A DNA stretch of 64,000 nucleotides from the NCBI GenBank assembly GCA_963750165.1, contig CAVVPN010000001.1, positions 320,001 to 384,000 on the forward strand, written 5' to 3'. The stretch's first letter is position 1, and every line of letters starts with the position of its first letter. Below the pieces are notes generated by a model, which worked only from the letters and a program-made list of their open reading frames with translations, was not told the origin of the DNA and did no database searches. Origin of the DNA: an uncultured Gemmataceae bacterium. GTDB taxonomy: Bacteria > Planctomycetota > Planctomycetia > Gemmatales > Gemmataceae. A program made the translations under genes and the position numbers. Shown piece by piece: positions 20,173 through 30,852 of this stretch.

Positions 20173-20673
20173 ATGACCACTTCCCGACCCCTCGCCCTGA
20201 CGGTACTGGGATACCTGAGCCTGGGATTCGCCCTGGCGTGGATCTTTTGGCTGGCGCTGGCGCGGTACGCGGTCCTGCTCGACCTGTTCGGCGCCGGCCT
20301 GGGCGAGGACCGGGCCATCAGCGAACTGGCCCGGCTCCACCTCGCCAGCCCGGGGGCTGTGTACGTCACGCTGCTGACGCTGCTGCTGGAGCTGCTGCTG
20401 GCGGTGATCCTGCTGGCGTCCGGGCTGGGCTTGCTGGGCCAGCGGCCGTGGGCACGCTGGTCGCTGCTGTTCTACTGTGCCTGGGTGATCCTGGTGGAGG
20501 CCGGCAGTACGCTGGCCCAGGCGTTCTTCCTGACGCCGGCCACCGAGCGCCTGGCGCTGGCGCCGGTCCTCGTCAACGGCGTCACCATCCTGACCGCCAT
20601 TGTGCTCTGGGGCATGGCGTATTTACCGGGTATCGAGTCCGCCGGGCCGGCGTCCGATGAGCCCGGCCCATGA
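20173..20673 (+). CDS. Hypothetical 4-TM membrane protein
   Basis: Hydrophobic helices, LASGLGLLGQRPWARW; resembles the downstream ORF. Confidence 0.7.
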   Translation: MTTSRPLALTVLGYLSLGFALAWIFWLALARYAVLLDLFGAGLGEDRAISELARLHLASPGAVYVTLLTLLLELLLAVILLASGLGLLGQRPWARWSLLFYCAWVILVEAGSTLAQAFFLTPATERLALAPVLVNGVTILTAIVLWGMAYLPGIESAGPASDEPGP

Positions 20674-20734
20674 ACGGTCGGTCGCGCCGGGACTGGGAGG
20701 ACTGACCCTTGGAGTTACTGGGGCCCACTGAATC

Positions 20735-20781
20735 CCGTTTTAAGTTTCGCGCGGCTCGAGTCTGCGCGAAACGTAAACAGG
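20735..20781. repeat. Degenerate GTTTACGTTTCGCG-family REP
   Basis: gtttcgcgc...gcgcgaaacgtaaac. Confidence 0.6.
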
Positions 20782-20804
20782 CGCTAACCGAGGAGTGAGC
20801 TGAC

Positions 20805-21509
20805 ATGGCGCGTCGTCGTCCGACCGCGGTCTCCGTCATGGCGATCCTGAACATCATCTTCGGCAGCCTGGGCCTGCTGCTGGGCATCTGTTCGGGGTTC
20901 GGCATGCTCCTGATCGCCAGTGTGCCAGCTGTGCCACTCACCCCCGGCGGCCCTCCGGTGAACATCACCAAGGACCTTTTCGATTTCATGGAGCGCGAGA
21001 TCCCGGGTTACAACGCAATCACAATCGCGCAGCTGGTCATCGGCTACCTGCTACTGAGCGGGCTGCTGCTGGCGGCAGGCATCGGCCTGCTCAACCGCCA
21101 GCACTGGGCGCGCATCGCGTGCATTGTGTACGGCGCTGTGAACATCGTCCTGCTCCTCATGGACCTGGTGTTCAAACTGGCCTTCGTGATGCCGGCCATG
21201 ACCCGCTGGCAGATGGATTTCCAGCGGCGCTTCGCGGGGCCGAACCCGTTCACCACTAACCCATTCCTGGGCGGTTCGTTCCAGATCGTCACGGCCGCGA
21301 TCACCAGCCTGATCTGCATAGGCTACTCCGCCCTGCTCATCACCATGATGTTTCTGCCCCAGGTCCGTTACTGGTTCGAGCGGCGGCCGGCCTACGACTT
21401 CGACAGGGATGAAGACCGCTTCCCGCCGCGTGAGCGGATCGTGGACGAGCCCTGGGGCACGTCCCGGGACGACGACGCGGGCTACTACCGCAGGAAAGGC
21501 GAGGACTGA
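20805..21509 (+). CDS. Hypothetical 4-TM membrane protein
   Basis: RPTAVSVMAILNIIFGSLGLL, LAAGIGLLNRQHWAR; GAGGAG upstream. Confidence 0.8.
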   Translation: MARRRPTAVSVMAILNIIFGSLGLLLGICSGFGMLLIASVPAVPLTPGGPPVNITKDLFDFMEREIPGYNAITIAQLVIGYLLLSGLLLAAGIGLLNRQHWARIACIVYGAVNIVLLLMDLVFKLAFVMPAMTRWQMDFQRRFAGPNPFTTNPFLGGSFQIVTAAITSLICIGYSALLITMMFLPQVRYWFERRPAYDFDRDEDRFPPRERIVDEPWGTSRDDDAGYYRRKGED

Positions 21510-21511
21510 CC

Positions 21512-22288
21512 ATGCACCATCCTGTGGACGACGAACTGGACACGGCCCTGAGACGGGCGGCGGCGCTGTTGCGTCAGGCCGAGCGCGTGGCAGTGCTGAC
21601 GGGCGCCGGCGTGTCAGCCGAGAGCGGTGTGCCGACCTTCCGCGACAACAACGGTCTGTGGGAGAACCATCGTGTAGAGGAGGTGGCGACGCCGGACGCC
21701 TTCCGCCGCGATCCGACGTTGGTGTGGCGCTTCTACAACGCCCGCCGGGCAGGGCTGCGCAAGGTGGCGCCGAACCCCGGCCATCACGCATTGGCGAAGC
21801 TGGAGGCACGGTTGGGGCCGGGCCATTTCGCGCTGATTACGCAGAACGTGGACGGCCTGCACCGCGCCGCCGGCAGTCAGAACGTGCTGGAGGTTCACGG
21901 CAACCTGCGGCGGGTGCGCTGCAGCAAGGACGCTTGTGGCTTTCAGGAAGAGCGCGGCCTGGACGAACTGCCGGACCTGCCGCCGTGTCCCCGTTGCGGG
22001 CACCTGCTGCGGCCGGACATCGTCTGGTTCGGCGAGGCGCTGCCGGAGGACGTGTGGCAGGCGGCGGTGCGGGCGGTGAAGGAGTGTCAGTGTTTCCTGA
22101 CCATCGGCACCAGTGCGGTGGTGTGGCCGGCGGCCGGGCTGGTGCTCGACGCCAGGGACCACGGTGCCGGTGTCATCGAGGTCAACCTGACACGCACTGA
22201 CGCCTCGCACTACGTGGACGTGCATTTGACGGGGCCGTCCGGCCAGGTGCTACCGCGGTTGCTGGAGCGCCTGGACGCGGACGGCTGA
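21512..22288 (+). CDS. cobB: NAD-dependent protein deacylase (Sir2 family)
   Basis: GAGVSAESGVPTFR, FYNARR, TQNVDGLH, LRPDIVWFGE, GTS. Confidence 0.93.
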   Translation: MHHPVDDELDTALRRAAALLRQAERVAVLTGAGVSAESGVPTFRDNNGLWENHRVEEVATPDAFRRDPTLVWRFYNARRAGLRKVAPNPGHHALAKLEARLGPGHFALITQNVDGLHRAAGSQNVLEVHGNLRRVRCSKDACGFQEERGLDELPDLPPCPRCGHLLRPDIVWFGEALPEDVWQAAVRAVKECQCFLTIGTSAVVWPAAGLVLDARDHGAGVIEVNLTRTDASHYVDVHLTGPSGQVLPRLLERLDADG

Positions 22289-22297
22289 CTTTCTTCT

Positions 22298-22360
22298 GGT
22301 CCGAGCCCGAGCGTCAGCGAGAGGCCAGCATTGCCCCGCGCTGGCGCTCGGGCTCGGACC
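22298..22360. repeat. REP palindrome (CCGAGCCCGAGCG family)
   Basis: Matches 12538-12600. Confidence 0.8.
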
Positions 22361-22414
22361 CACCACCCACAGAGAAGCAATGGTGGTCTCGCTCACGGAA
22401 CAAGGGCTCCCCGC

Positions 22415-23278
22415 ATGGCGACGTTACTCGACGGCAAACAGCTCGCCCAGACGATGCAAGCGGAGATCGCGGCGGCGGTCGCGGCGCTGGTCAAGGCGGC
22501 CGGGCCGCCGCCGGGTCTGGCGGCGGTGATCGTCGGCGACAACCCCGCCAGCCAGGTTTACGTGCGCAACAAGCGCAAGGCGTGCGAGCAGGTCGGCATC
22601 GCCAGCTGGCTGCACCCGCTGCCGGCCACGGCCACGCAAACCGAATTGCTCGACCTCATCAACCACCTCAACGGCGATCCGCTCGTTCACGGCATCCTGG
22701 TGCAGCTGCCGCTGCCGAAGCATGTGGACGAACTCAGCGTCATCGACGCCGTGTCGCCGCTCAAGGACGTGGACGGCTTCAGTCCGGAGAGCCTGGGCCT
22801 GCTGGCCGCGGGCAAGCCGCGCTTCCTGGCGTGTACGCCGCTGGGCGTCCAGCAACTGCTGCTGCGCAACCACATCGCGATCGAGGGCCGGCACGTCGTC
22901 ATCGTCGGCCGCAGCAACATCGTCGGCAAACCGCTGGCGCTGATCCTGATGCAGAAGGCGGCCGGGGCCAACGCGACCGTCACGGTCTGCCACAGCCGCA
23001 GCGATAACCTTGCGGACATTACACGGCAGGCGGACATCCTGGTCGTGGCCATCGGCCAGGCGGAGTTCCTGAAGGCGGCGATGGTGAAGCCGGGCGCGGT
23101 GGTGGTGGACGTGGGCATGAACCGCAACGCGGCCGGCAAGCTGGTCGGCGACGTGGCGTTCGCGGAGGTCAGCGCCGTGGCGTCGGCGCTCACGCCCGTG
23201 CCGGGTGGCGTCGGGCCGATGACGATTACCATGCTGCTGCACAACACGCTGCGGGCGGCGCAGATGACAAGGAAGTGA
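22415..23278 (+). CDS. folD: Bifunctional methylenetetrahydrofolate dehydrogenase/cyclohydrolase
   Basis: YVRNK, GILVQLPLP, KDVDG, GRSNIVGKP, TPVPGGVGPMT. Confidence 0.97.
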   Translation: MATLLDGKQLAQTMQAEIAAAVAALVKAAGPPPGLAAVIVGDNPASQVYVRNKRKACEQVGIASWLHPLPATATQTELLDLINHLNGDPLVHGILVQLPLPKHVDELSVIDAVSPLKDVDGFSPESLGLLAAGKPRFLACTPLGVQQLLLRNHIAIEGRHVVIVGRSNIVGKPLALILMQKAAGANATVTVCHSRSDNLADITRQADILVVAIGQAEFLKAAMVKPGAVVVDVGMNRNAAGKLVGDVAFAEVSAVASALTPVPGGVGPMTITMLLHNTLRAAQMTRK

Positions 23279-23287
23279 GGCAGCCCC

Positions 23288-23783
23288 GTGGCCATCAAAC
23301 CGATCGTTCGCTACATGCTGCTCTGTGACGATTGGCGCCTGGACCCTGACAACAAGCGTCGGGTTACGATCGTCAGGTTGATCAGCAACATTCGTTCCAC
23401 GGAAGGACGGCCTTACCCGCTGCTTTATCGGGAATTGTGCGTGTTCCTGGCGTTAACGGAAGGGCGCGGGCAAGGGGAAGGCTACGTGAGATGTGTTTTC
23501 GAGGACACCGAGCAAATCATCTTCCAAACCGGAAAACGCCCGATTTCTTTCGGCCCGGACCCCCTGGATGCCGGCGCCTGGAAGCGCTGCTGGCCCGGCC
23601 GACACCGTTGGCGGACGCCCCCGCATTGCTGCGCCGCCTGCGCCGATTCAGGTGCTGGAGCAGGCCGGTTCGGCGGAGGCGCGCGGCCTGCTCCGGGAGT
23701 TGGCTGCGGGCTGGGAGTATGCGCCCGAGACTCAGGAAGCCCGGGCGGCGCTGGAACGGTTGGCGCCGCCGGGTGGGCCTTGA
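23288..23783 (+). pseudogene. Chimeric remnant: DUF6941-like N-terminus joined out of frame to a WD40-protein C-terminal tail
   Basis: KPIVRYMLLCDDW...LCVFLALTEGRG..ISFGPDPL, then in another frame IQVLEQAGSAEARGLLRELAAG..ETQEARAALERL, similar to the tail of 9840-12395. Confidence 0.5.
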
Positions 23784-23968
23784 CCAACAGGCCATCTCTA
23801 TTGGGTAGGGAATCTCCGGCCACATCCGCCCCGAGAGGGGGGTCTGTGAGATGAAATGAAACGCGGCGCTTCCTGCACCTGTTTTTATTTTACCACGGCC
23901 AGCCATTTTTGAAAACTCCCGCCGCATCCCGCCCTGCCGGCGCCTCAATGATGGTGGAGAGAACAACC

Positions 23969-26046
23969 ATGGCCCAGGGCTCAGCCATGACCGCCGCTTG
24001 CCTCAACGCCGTCGTCGGCTACGTCCGCCGGCTCGGCGCCCAGGACACGCACTGCCTGACCGACCGCCAGCTGCTCGACCGCTTCACCGCCCAGCGCGAT
24101 GAGGCGGCCTTCGCGGAACTGGTGGTTCGCCACGGCCCGATGGTGCTGTCCGCCTGCTGGCGTGTACTGCGGCACACCCAGGATGCCGAGGACGCTTTTC
24201 AGGCCGCCTTCCTCGTCCTGGCCCGGAAGGCCGGCTCCATCCGGCAGCACGACTCCGTCGGCGGCTGGCTCTACCAGGTCGCCCACCGGTTGGCCGTGCG
24301 CGCCCGGTTGCTCGACAACCACCGCCGCGACCGACAGGTGCCGCTGGGCGATGAACACGGGGCGACCACGGAGGTACCCGCCAGCGCGGTCGAGGAGGAA
24401 GTGCGGCGACTGCCTGAGCCGTACCGCTCCGCGGTGGTGCTGTGCTACCTCGAAGGCCGAACGCAGGCCGAGGCCGCGCGGCTGCTGGCCACGACCGCCG
24501 ACGCGGTCAACAGTCGGCTGAAGCGCGCCCGCGACCTGCTGCGGCAGCGGTTGGCCCGGGCTGGGTTGGCTCTCTCCGGTGTGGCGGTGGCCGAACAGTT
24601 GGCCGTCGGTGCGGCGCCCGCGGCGCTGCCGCCGACGCTGGCCCGGCTCACCGCCCAGGCAGCGACCCAGTTCGTGACCGGCCGGGCGGCCGCGGGCGGC
24701 ATCACCCGGCTTGCCGCGGCGCTGGCCCAGGGAGCACTCGGCATGACCCACCCCAACGTCAAGTTTTTGTCCGCCCTCGTTCTGGCCGGGGCCCTCCTGG
24801 CCGCCGGCGCCCTGCTGGGATCCAGCCCGGCCCAGAGCGATCCCACTCCGCCCCAAACCAGGAAGGACGGCCAGCAGCAAGCACCGGGCGCCCAGGAGCA
24901 GCCCGCGCCAAAGGGCGGCGGCAAGGGCAAGCGCCAGCCCAGCGTCATCATCCTGTGGATGGGCGGCGGTCCCAGTCAGTTCGAGACCTTCGACCCCAAG
25001 GCGGCGGCCCCGAATCAGGAAATGTTCAAGTCCATCGACACGAGCATCCGCGGCGTGAAGTTCAGCGAGACGCTGCCCAATCTGGCCAAACTGGCGAACC
25101 GCCTGACGGTTATCCGCTCGCTGACCTCCCGTGAAGCCGACCACCTGCGCGGCACCTATCTGATGCGCACCGGCCATGCCGTGGACGGCGGCGTCGATTA
25201 TCCGTCGCTGGCGTCCGCGCTGGCGAAGGAACTGGGCGACGGCCGGCCGGGGCTGCCGCACTACATCCGGGTCGGCGGCGCTGGATTCCTGAAACGGACG
25301 GGCTTCGGCCCCGGGTTCCTCGGGCCGAAGTACGGGGCGGTCCTGGTCGGCAGCGGCAATGACAACGGCCAGGTCGGCTTCAACATTGAGGCGGCCCCGG
25401 TGCCGTTTGCCAAACTACCGTTGCCGAGCATTGAGGCGTTTAACGCGACGGAGAATGGCAAGGGCAAGGAGCACCGCAAGGCCGTCGCGAAGGCGTTCGC
25501 GCTGAACGAGGAGCAGGAGGCGTTGCGTCGGGCGTATGGGCCGGGCCGCTTCGGCCAGGGCTGTCTGCTGGCGCGGCGGCTGGTGGAGCGCGGCGTGCCG
25601 GTCGTGGAAATCCACCTGGGCGGCTGGGACGCGCACGCCAACCTCGTCGAGATCATGAAAAAGCGCTGCGCCGAGCTGGACGCCGGCTTCGGGTCGCTGC
25701 TGAAGGACCTGGAGGAGCGCAAACTGCTCGATTCGACGCTGATCGTCTGGGCCGGCGAGTTCGGCCGGACGCCGCGGGTCAACGCCAACGGCGGCCGTGA
25801 CCACTGGTCGATGAGCTTCACGGTGGTGCTGGCGGGCGCCGGCACGCGCCGCGGCCAGGTGGTCGGCAAGACCGACGCCGCCGGCATCAAGATCGAGGAG
25901 CGGCCGGTGACGGTGCCGGAGTTTTTGGCGACGGTCTACCGGGCGGTCGGCGTCGATGCTACCCGCACCAACCGCGTCCCCAACGGCGGCCCGCTGGTGC
26001 CGCTGGTCGTGGAGGGGCGCAGGCCGTCAAGGAGGCGTTGCGCTGA
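23969..26046 (+). CDS. ECF sigma-70 factor fused via a TM segment to a DUF1501 domain; apparent frameshift at ~26014
   Basis: DRQLLDRF..RDEAAFAELVVRHGPMV, AEDAFQAAFLVLARKA, VVLCYLEG. Then ILWMGGGPSQFETFDPK, GWDAH, GEFGRTP, GRDHW. One extra G restores the ending EGAQAVKEALR*. Confidence 0.85.
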
Positions 26047-26052
26047 ACCCCT

Positions 26053-26111
26053 TCCGAGCCGGAGCGCCAGCGCGGGGCCAACGCTGCCCCGCGCTGGCGC
26101 TCCGGCTCGGA
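26053..26111. repeat. REP palindrome (CCGAGCCGGAGCG family)
   Basis: Matches 12538-12600 with a compensatory change in both arms. Confidence 0.8.
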
Positions 26112-26130
26112 CCATCAACGAGAACCCTGC

Positions 26131-26898
26131 ATGACAACCCCCCGTGTCGCCCTGGTGACCGGCAGCGGCAAGCGCCGCGTCGGCTGGCACGTCGCCGACG
26201 CGCTGGCCCGCCGCGGCTACGCCCTGGTGATCCACTACCACACCTCCGCCGCGGACGCCGCCGAAAGCGTCCGGTATTTTCAGCAGCAAGGCGTCCAGGC
26301 AGTGGCGCTGCCGGCGGACCTCAGCGACGAGCGGGCGGTGCGGGCGCTGGTCGAGCAAACCCTGGAGCACTTCGGCCGGCTCGACGTGCTCGTCAACTGC
26401 GCCGCCGTCTGGCAGCGCAAGCGCCTCGAAGACATCACCGCGGCGGATGTGCGGCGGCACTTCGAGACGAACACACTGGGCACGTTTCTATGCTGCCAGC
26501 AGGCGGGCCTGGCGATGGTGCGGCAGCCCGAGGGCGGCTGCGTCGTCAACTTCGGCGACTGGGCCGAGGTCCGACCCTATCTGAACTACGCGGCCTATTT
26601 CCCGTCGAAGGGGGCGGTGACGGCGTTGACGCGCTGCCTGGCCGTCGAACTGGGCACGCGCAACCCGCGCGTGCGCGTCAACTGCGTGCTGCCCGGCCCG
26701 GTGCTGCTGCCGCCGGACCTGCCCGAGGCCGAGCGCCGCCAGGCCATCAACGCCACGTTGGTCAAGCGTGAGGGCAGCCCCGAAAACGTCGCCCAGGCCG
26801 TCCTGTCCCTGATCGACAACGACTTCATCACGGGCGTCTGCCTGCCGGTGGACGGCGGCCGCACGATTTACTCCCCGGACGCGGAAACCGCGGAATAA
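26131..26898 (+). CDS. SDR oxidoreductase, pteridine reductase/FolM-like
   Basis: VTGSGKRRVG, HYHTS, YFPSK, ITGVCLPVDGG. Confidence 0.85.
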   Translation: MTTPRVALVTGSGKRRVGWHVADALARRGYALVIHYHTSAADAAESVRYFQQQGVQAVALPADLSDERAVRALVEQTLEHFGRLDVLVNCAAVWQRKRLEDITAADVRRHFETNTLGTFLCCQQAGLAMVRQPEGGCVVNFGDWAEVRPYLNYAAYFPSKGAVTALTRCLAVELGTRNPRVRVNCVLPGPVLLPPDLPEAERRQAINATLVKREGSPENVAQAVLSLIDNDFITGVCLPVDGGRTIYSPDAETAE

Positions 26899-26988
26899 GC
26901 TGACAGCCTGTGAGCCGCCGCGGCGCACTCGATGCAGGTTTGACCTATAGTTGCACGGGCCCAAAATCTTTCGTCAAGGGAGAAGCCC

Positions 26989-27822
26989 GTGTCGTTGCCA
27001 TCCACCCCACCCCCCGCGAACGAACCCGCACCGCCCGAGGAGAGCCGCCTGCTGCGCGGCCTGGAAGCAGTCGATCAGCCGTTGTTCGGCGGCCTCCGAC
27101 CGGCTTCACCGCAGTTCAGACGGGAGCCACCGCCGCTGCCCGGGGTGGCGGCCGAGCCGCCAGCCGGGGAGCCCGAATGGGCAATCCTGGTTGACGACGC
27201 GGAGCCCGTGTTGGCGATGCTGGCGGACGCCGCCGGGTGCCCGCGCTGCCAGGGCCCGCTCATCGACCCGCAAGGGCTCGGCTGGTGTCGGCAGTGCGGC
27301 TACTGCCGATCCATTGAGGAGGACCGCGACAAACTGCCCCTGCAAAATTCGGCCAGGGCGCGACCGTCGTTCCTCGGCCTCGCCGAGTTCTTCATCCTGT
27401 TGACGAAAATCCCCGCCTGGGGGTATGTGATGCTCCTCGGCTGCGTCGGGGTGGTGCTGGCGTCGATCCCGCCGGGCTGGAGCCTGCCGCTGGACTCGCT
27501 GCCGCGCGCGGTGTGGAGTACAATGCAGATTGCCGCTGGCCTGGCCGTGATCTTCGCCGCCCAGATCGTGATACTGTTCTGGCTGGCGCCGACGGATGAG
27601 AAGCTGAGTTTCAAGGACGCCGTGCTGCCGTTCCGCCTGTGGGGCCTGGCGTTCCAGCGCGGCGGCAATTTCCGCGTGCCGTTCTGGATGGGAGCCTGGG
27701 GCCTCAGCGCCATCGTCGCGGCCATCTTCGTCATCGGCGGGCTGGATTACTGGATGCGCTACCTGCCGGACAGCAAAGCCAATCAGCCGACGACGACCCA
27801 GGCCGAGCCGAAGAAGAAATAA
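26989..27822 (+). CDS. Hypothetical membrane protein with Zn-ribbon
   Basis: CPRC...WCRQCGYC followed by three hydrophobic helices; start codon uncertain. Confidence 0.7.
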   Translation: MSLPSTPPPANEPAPPEESRLLRGLEAVDQPLFGGLRPASPQFRREPPPLPGVAAEPPAGEPEWAILVDDAEPVLAMLADAAGCPRCQGPLIDPQGLGWCRQCGYCRSIEEDRDKLPLQNSARARPSFLGLAEFFILLTKIPAWGYVMLLGCVGVVLASIPPGWSLPLDSLPRAVWSTMQIAAGLAVIFAAQIVILFWLAPTDEKLSFKDAVLPFRLWGLAFQRGGNFRVPFWMGAWGLSAIVAAIFVIGGLDYWMRYLPDSKANQPTTTQAEPKKK

Positions 27823-27856
27823 CGGCGGCCGTCCGCGTTCGTTTCGCCGCGCCGCC

Positions 27857-28804
27857 ATGAACACGCCGTCAACTATCGTCGGCCGCCTCGCCCCGTCGCC
27901 CACCGGGGCGCAGCACGTCGGCAACGCCCGCACTTACCTGATTGCCTGGCTGTCCGTGCGCCACCGCGGTGGCCGCCTCGTCCTGCGCATTGAGGACATC
28001 GACTCGCCGCGCGTCAAACCGGGCGCGGCCGAACAGGCCTGCGCCGACCTGCACTGGCTCGGCCTCGACTGGGACGACGGTCCCGTCGTGCAGACGCAAC
28101 GGCTGCCGCTCTACGAGGCCGCCCTGGCCCACCTCCAGGCGCTGGAACTCGTCTATCCTTGCACCTGCACCCGCAGCGACATCGAACGCGCCGCCAGCGC
28201 CCCGCACGCGGAGCACGAGGGGGCGATCTATCCCGGCACCTGCGCCGGCCGCCGCGCCGCTGACGCCGCGGCGCTGGCGGATCGGCCATTCGCCTGGCGC
28301 TTCCGGGCCGGGTCGGACGGCTTCGATCATGACGACCTGTTCCGCGGGCCGACGCACGTGGATCCGGCCGTGGCGGCCGGCGATTTTGTGGTGTGGAAGT
28401 CGGCGGGAACGCCGGCGTATCAGCTGGCGGTGGTGGTCGATGACGCGGCCCAGGGCGTCACGGAGGTGATTCGCGGCGACGACCTGGTGCCCTCAACGCC
28501 ACGGCAACTGCAGCTGTACCGGGCGCTGGGGCTGACGCCGCCGCGCTTCGGGCATGTGCCGCTGGTGGTCGGCCCCGACGGCCGGCGTCTGGCGAAGCGG
28601 CACGGCGATACGCGGTTGGCGGCGCTGCGGGCGGCGGGCGTGCGGCCGGAGGGGCTGCTCGGGCTGCTGGCGTGGTCGTGCGGTTGGCTGGAGCGGATCG
28701 AGCCGATCAGCGCCCGGGAACTGGTGCCGCTGTTCCGGCTCGACGCGCTGCCGCGGCAGCCGTTGGTGCTGGACGCGGGGCTGTTGCGGCGGGTCGGGTA
28801 TTGA
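27857..28804 (+). CDS. gluQ: tRNA glutamyl-Q(34) synthetase GluQRS
   Basis: GRLAPSPTG, HVGN, RIEDID, YPCTCTR, YQLAVVVDD, RGDDL, LAKR; no anticodon-binding domain. Confidence 0.92.
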   Translation: MNTPSTIVGRLAPSPTGAQHVGNARTYLIAWLSVRHRGGRLVLRIEDIDSPRVKPGAAEQACADLHWLGLDWDDGPVVQTQRLPLYEAALAHLQALELVYPCTCTRSDIERAASAPHAEHEGAIYPGTCAGRRAADAAALADRPFAWRFRAGSDGFDHDDLFRGPTHVDPAVAAGDFVVWKSAGTPAYQLAVVVDDAAQGVTEVIRGDDLVPSTPRQLQLYRALGLTPPRFGHVPLVVGPDGRRLAKRHGDTRLAALRAAGVRPEGLLGLLAWSCGWLERIEPISARELVPLFRLDALPRQPLVLDAGLLRRVGY

Positions 28805-28827
28805 AGCCGCTGCGAACCGGTTGCCGT

Positions 28828-28857
28828 TTGCCATACCGGTCTCTACCGTGCTACAAT
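28828..28857 (+). promoter_or_regulatory. Putative sigma70 promoter with extended -10
   Basis: TTGCCA-18 nt-TACAAT with TG preceding the -10. Confidence 0.45.
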
Positions 28858-28916
28858 TACCTCCGAGGGTCAATAGACCCCGCACGTCACCCACATCACC
28901 CTTGAGGACCGTCGCC

Positions 28917-29764
28917 ATGTTTGAACGGATCGCCAACAGCTTCTCGCTGCGCGCAGCAGCTGGAACGTCCTGCGCACGGACAAGCAACTGCTCGTGTTCC
29001 CCATCCTGAGCGGCATCTGCTGTCTGCTGGTGCTGGCCAGCTTTGCGGCGCCGTTCATTGCCCTGCTCGTCGTGCAGCAGAAGCAGCCGGAGGACATCCC
29101 GGAGTGGATCTACTACGTGACGGCCTTCCTCTTCTACTTCTGCAACTACTTCGTCATCATCTTCTTCAACTCCGCCCTGACCAGCTGCGCCCTGATGCGC
29201 TTCAACGGCCACACACCGTCGCTGGGCGGCGGCCTGGCCGCGGCGTGGATTCGCCTGCCGCAGATTCTGGCCTGGGCGCTGGTGTCGGCGACGGTCGGCG
29301 TGCTACTCAAGATCATCGAAAACATTCACGAGCAGGTCGGCGCGCTCGTCAGCGCCCTGCTCGGCACCGCCTGGAGCATTGTCACCTTCTTCGTGGTGCC
29401 GGTCCTGGTGGTCGAGAAGGTGGGGCCGATTGACGCCGTGAAGCGTTCGGTCGAAATCCTGAAGCGCACCTGGGGCGAGGCCCTGGTCGGCCACTTCGGC
29501 ATCGGCATCTTCATCTTCCTGCTGGCGCTCCCGCTGGTGCTGCTGCTGTTCGTGGGCATCATGCTGTGCTTCGGCGGCCAGGTGCTGCTGCCGCTGGGCA
29601 TCGCCGTGGTGCTGCTGGCGGTGCTTGGTTTCCTCGGCCTGATGGCGGTCAGCTCCGCGATGGACAACGTCTTCACCGCGGCGCTGTATCAGTACGCCGC
29701 CCAGGGCCAGGTCGCGCCCGGCTTCAACGAGAGCACCTTCCGGCACGCATTCCGCTCGAAGTAA
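28917..29764 (+). CDS. DUF6159-like membrane protein; apparent frameshift at ~28950
   Basis: MFERIANSFSL / RSSWNVLRTDKQLLVFPILSG...IIFFNSAL...KRTWGE. Confidence 0.8.
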
Positions 29765-29766
29765 AC

Positions 29767-29860
29767 AAATACCAATTACGAAAACACGAAAGCACGAAAA
29801 CACGAAAAAGACAAAAGGAATTGTCTTTTTCGTGTTTTCGTGCTTTCGTGATTGGCATTT
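29767..29860. repeat. Palindrome with (CACGAAA) repeat arms between convergent genes
   Basis: acgaaagcacgaaaacacgaaaaagacaa ... ttgtctttttcgtgttttcgtgctttcgt. Confidence 0.8.
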
Positions 29861-30847
29861 ATTCTTTTCGTGGGTCTGCCAGGCGGAAGACGTAGCGCAG
29901 GCCGCCGATGACGTGCTGCTGGAAGCGTGGGTCGCGCCAGACCTCATCGCGGTGGCCCAGCGCTGTGTAGAAGACGCGCCCCTTGCCAACCTCGTGCGTC
30001 CACGCCAGGGCGTTGTCCTTGTCGGCCCGCTTGCCCGGGTTCTTCACCGAGTCCATATCCAGCCGCATCAGCACGTGCAGGTCCTTGCGCGAGTACGGTG
30101 TGCGGAACTGGTAAATCTCGTCGGTGATCTCGAAGCGGTTGCCCAGGTGCCGGGTGGCCGGGTGGTTCTTGTCCTCGACGATGACGCCGACCTTCTGGTG
30201 CCAGGGGTGGCCGTCGAAGTAGCCGCCGATCAGCTCGCCGTACCCCTTCCAGTTGTAGAAGGTGTCGGTGGCGCTGTGGCTGCCGGCGAAGCCCTTGCCG
30301 GAGCGGATGAAGCCGAGCAGGTCCGCCTTCTGCGTGTCCGACAGCGGCAGCGAACCCGTCGTGTAGAAGAACACCGCGTCGAAGGGTTTCAGGTTCTCGG
30401 CGGTGATTTCCTTGCGCGAGTCCTGCGAGCACACCACGTCGAACAGGCCCGTCTCCTCCGCCAGTTTGAAGAACGTTTCTTCCACGACGGCCGGCTTGAC
30501 GGTGGCCACGATCTTGCCGTCGGCGGCGCGCAGCTCGAACGGTTTGCCGGACGGCACCCGGCCGTGATAAAACGCCTCCACCTTCTCCTTTTCGACGCCC
30601 TTCTTGTCCTTGGTCTTGCTGACGCGGACTTCAAGGCCGTCCACCTTGGGCACGGCCTTCGGGTCCACGCCCTTCGCCAGTTCCACCTTGCGGGTCACGC
30701 AGCCGTGGCGAAAGCCCTTCGACTCGGTGATGACCAGCAGGTTTTTCTTCGGTCCCTTGTTGGCCTGGGCGCCGGCGGCGCCACCAGGCCCAGCACCGCC
30801 GCGGCGGCCAGGGCCAGCATCCAGGTACGCATGCAACTCCTCCCCAT
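29859..30847 (-). CDS. ThuA-like domain secreted protein; apparent frameshift near 30785
   Basis: GFRH, FYTTG, GFAGSHSATDT, FDGHPWHQ, DEIYQF, GRVFYTALGH. The signal peptide (MRTWMLALAAAAVLGL) is in another frame. Confidence 0.85.
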
Positions 30848-30852
30848 GATGT

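Noticed and set aside
21512..22288. Sir2 protein as an anti-phage (Thoeris/DSR-type) effector
   Set aside because: It is a typical stand-alone CobB with a Zn site in a housekeeping context next to folD.
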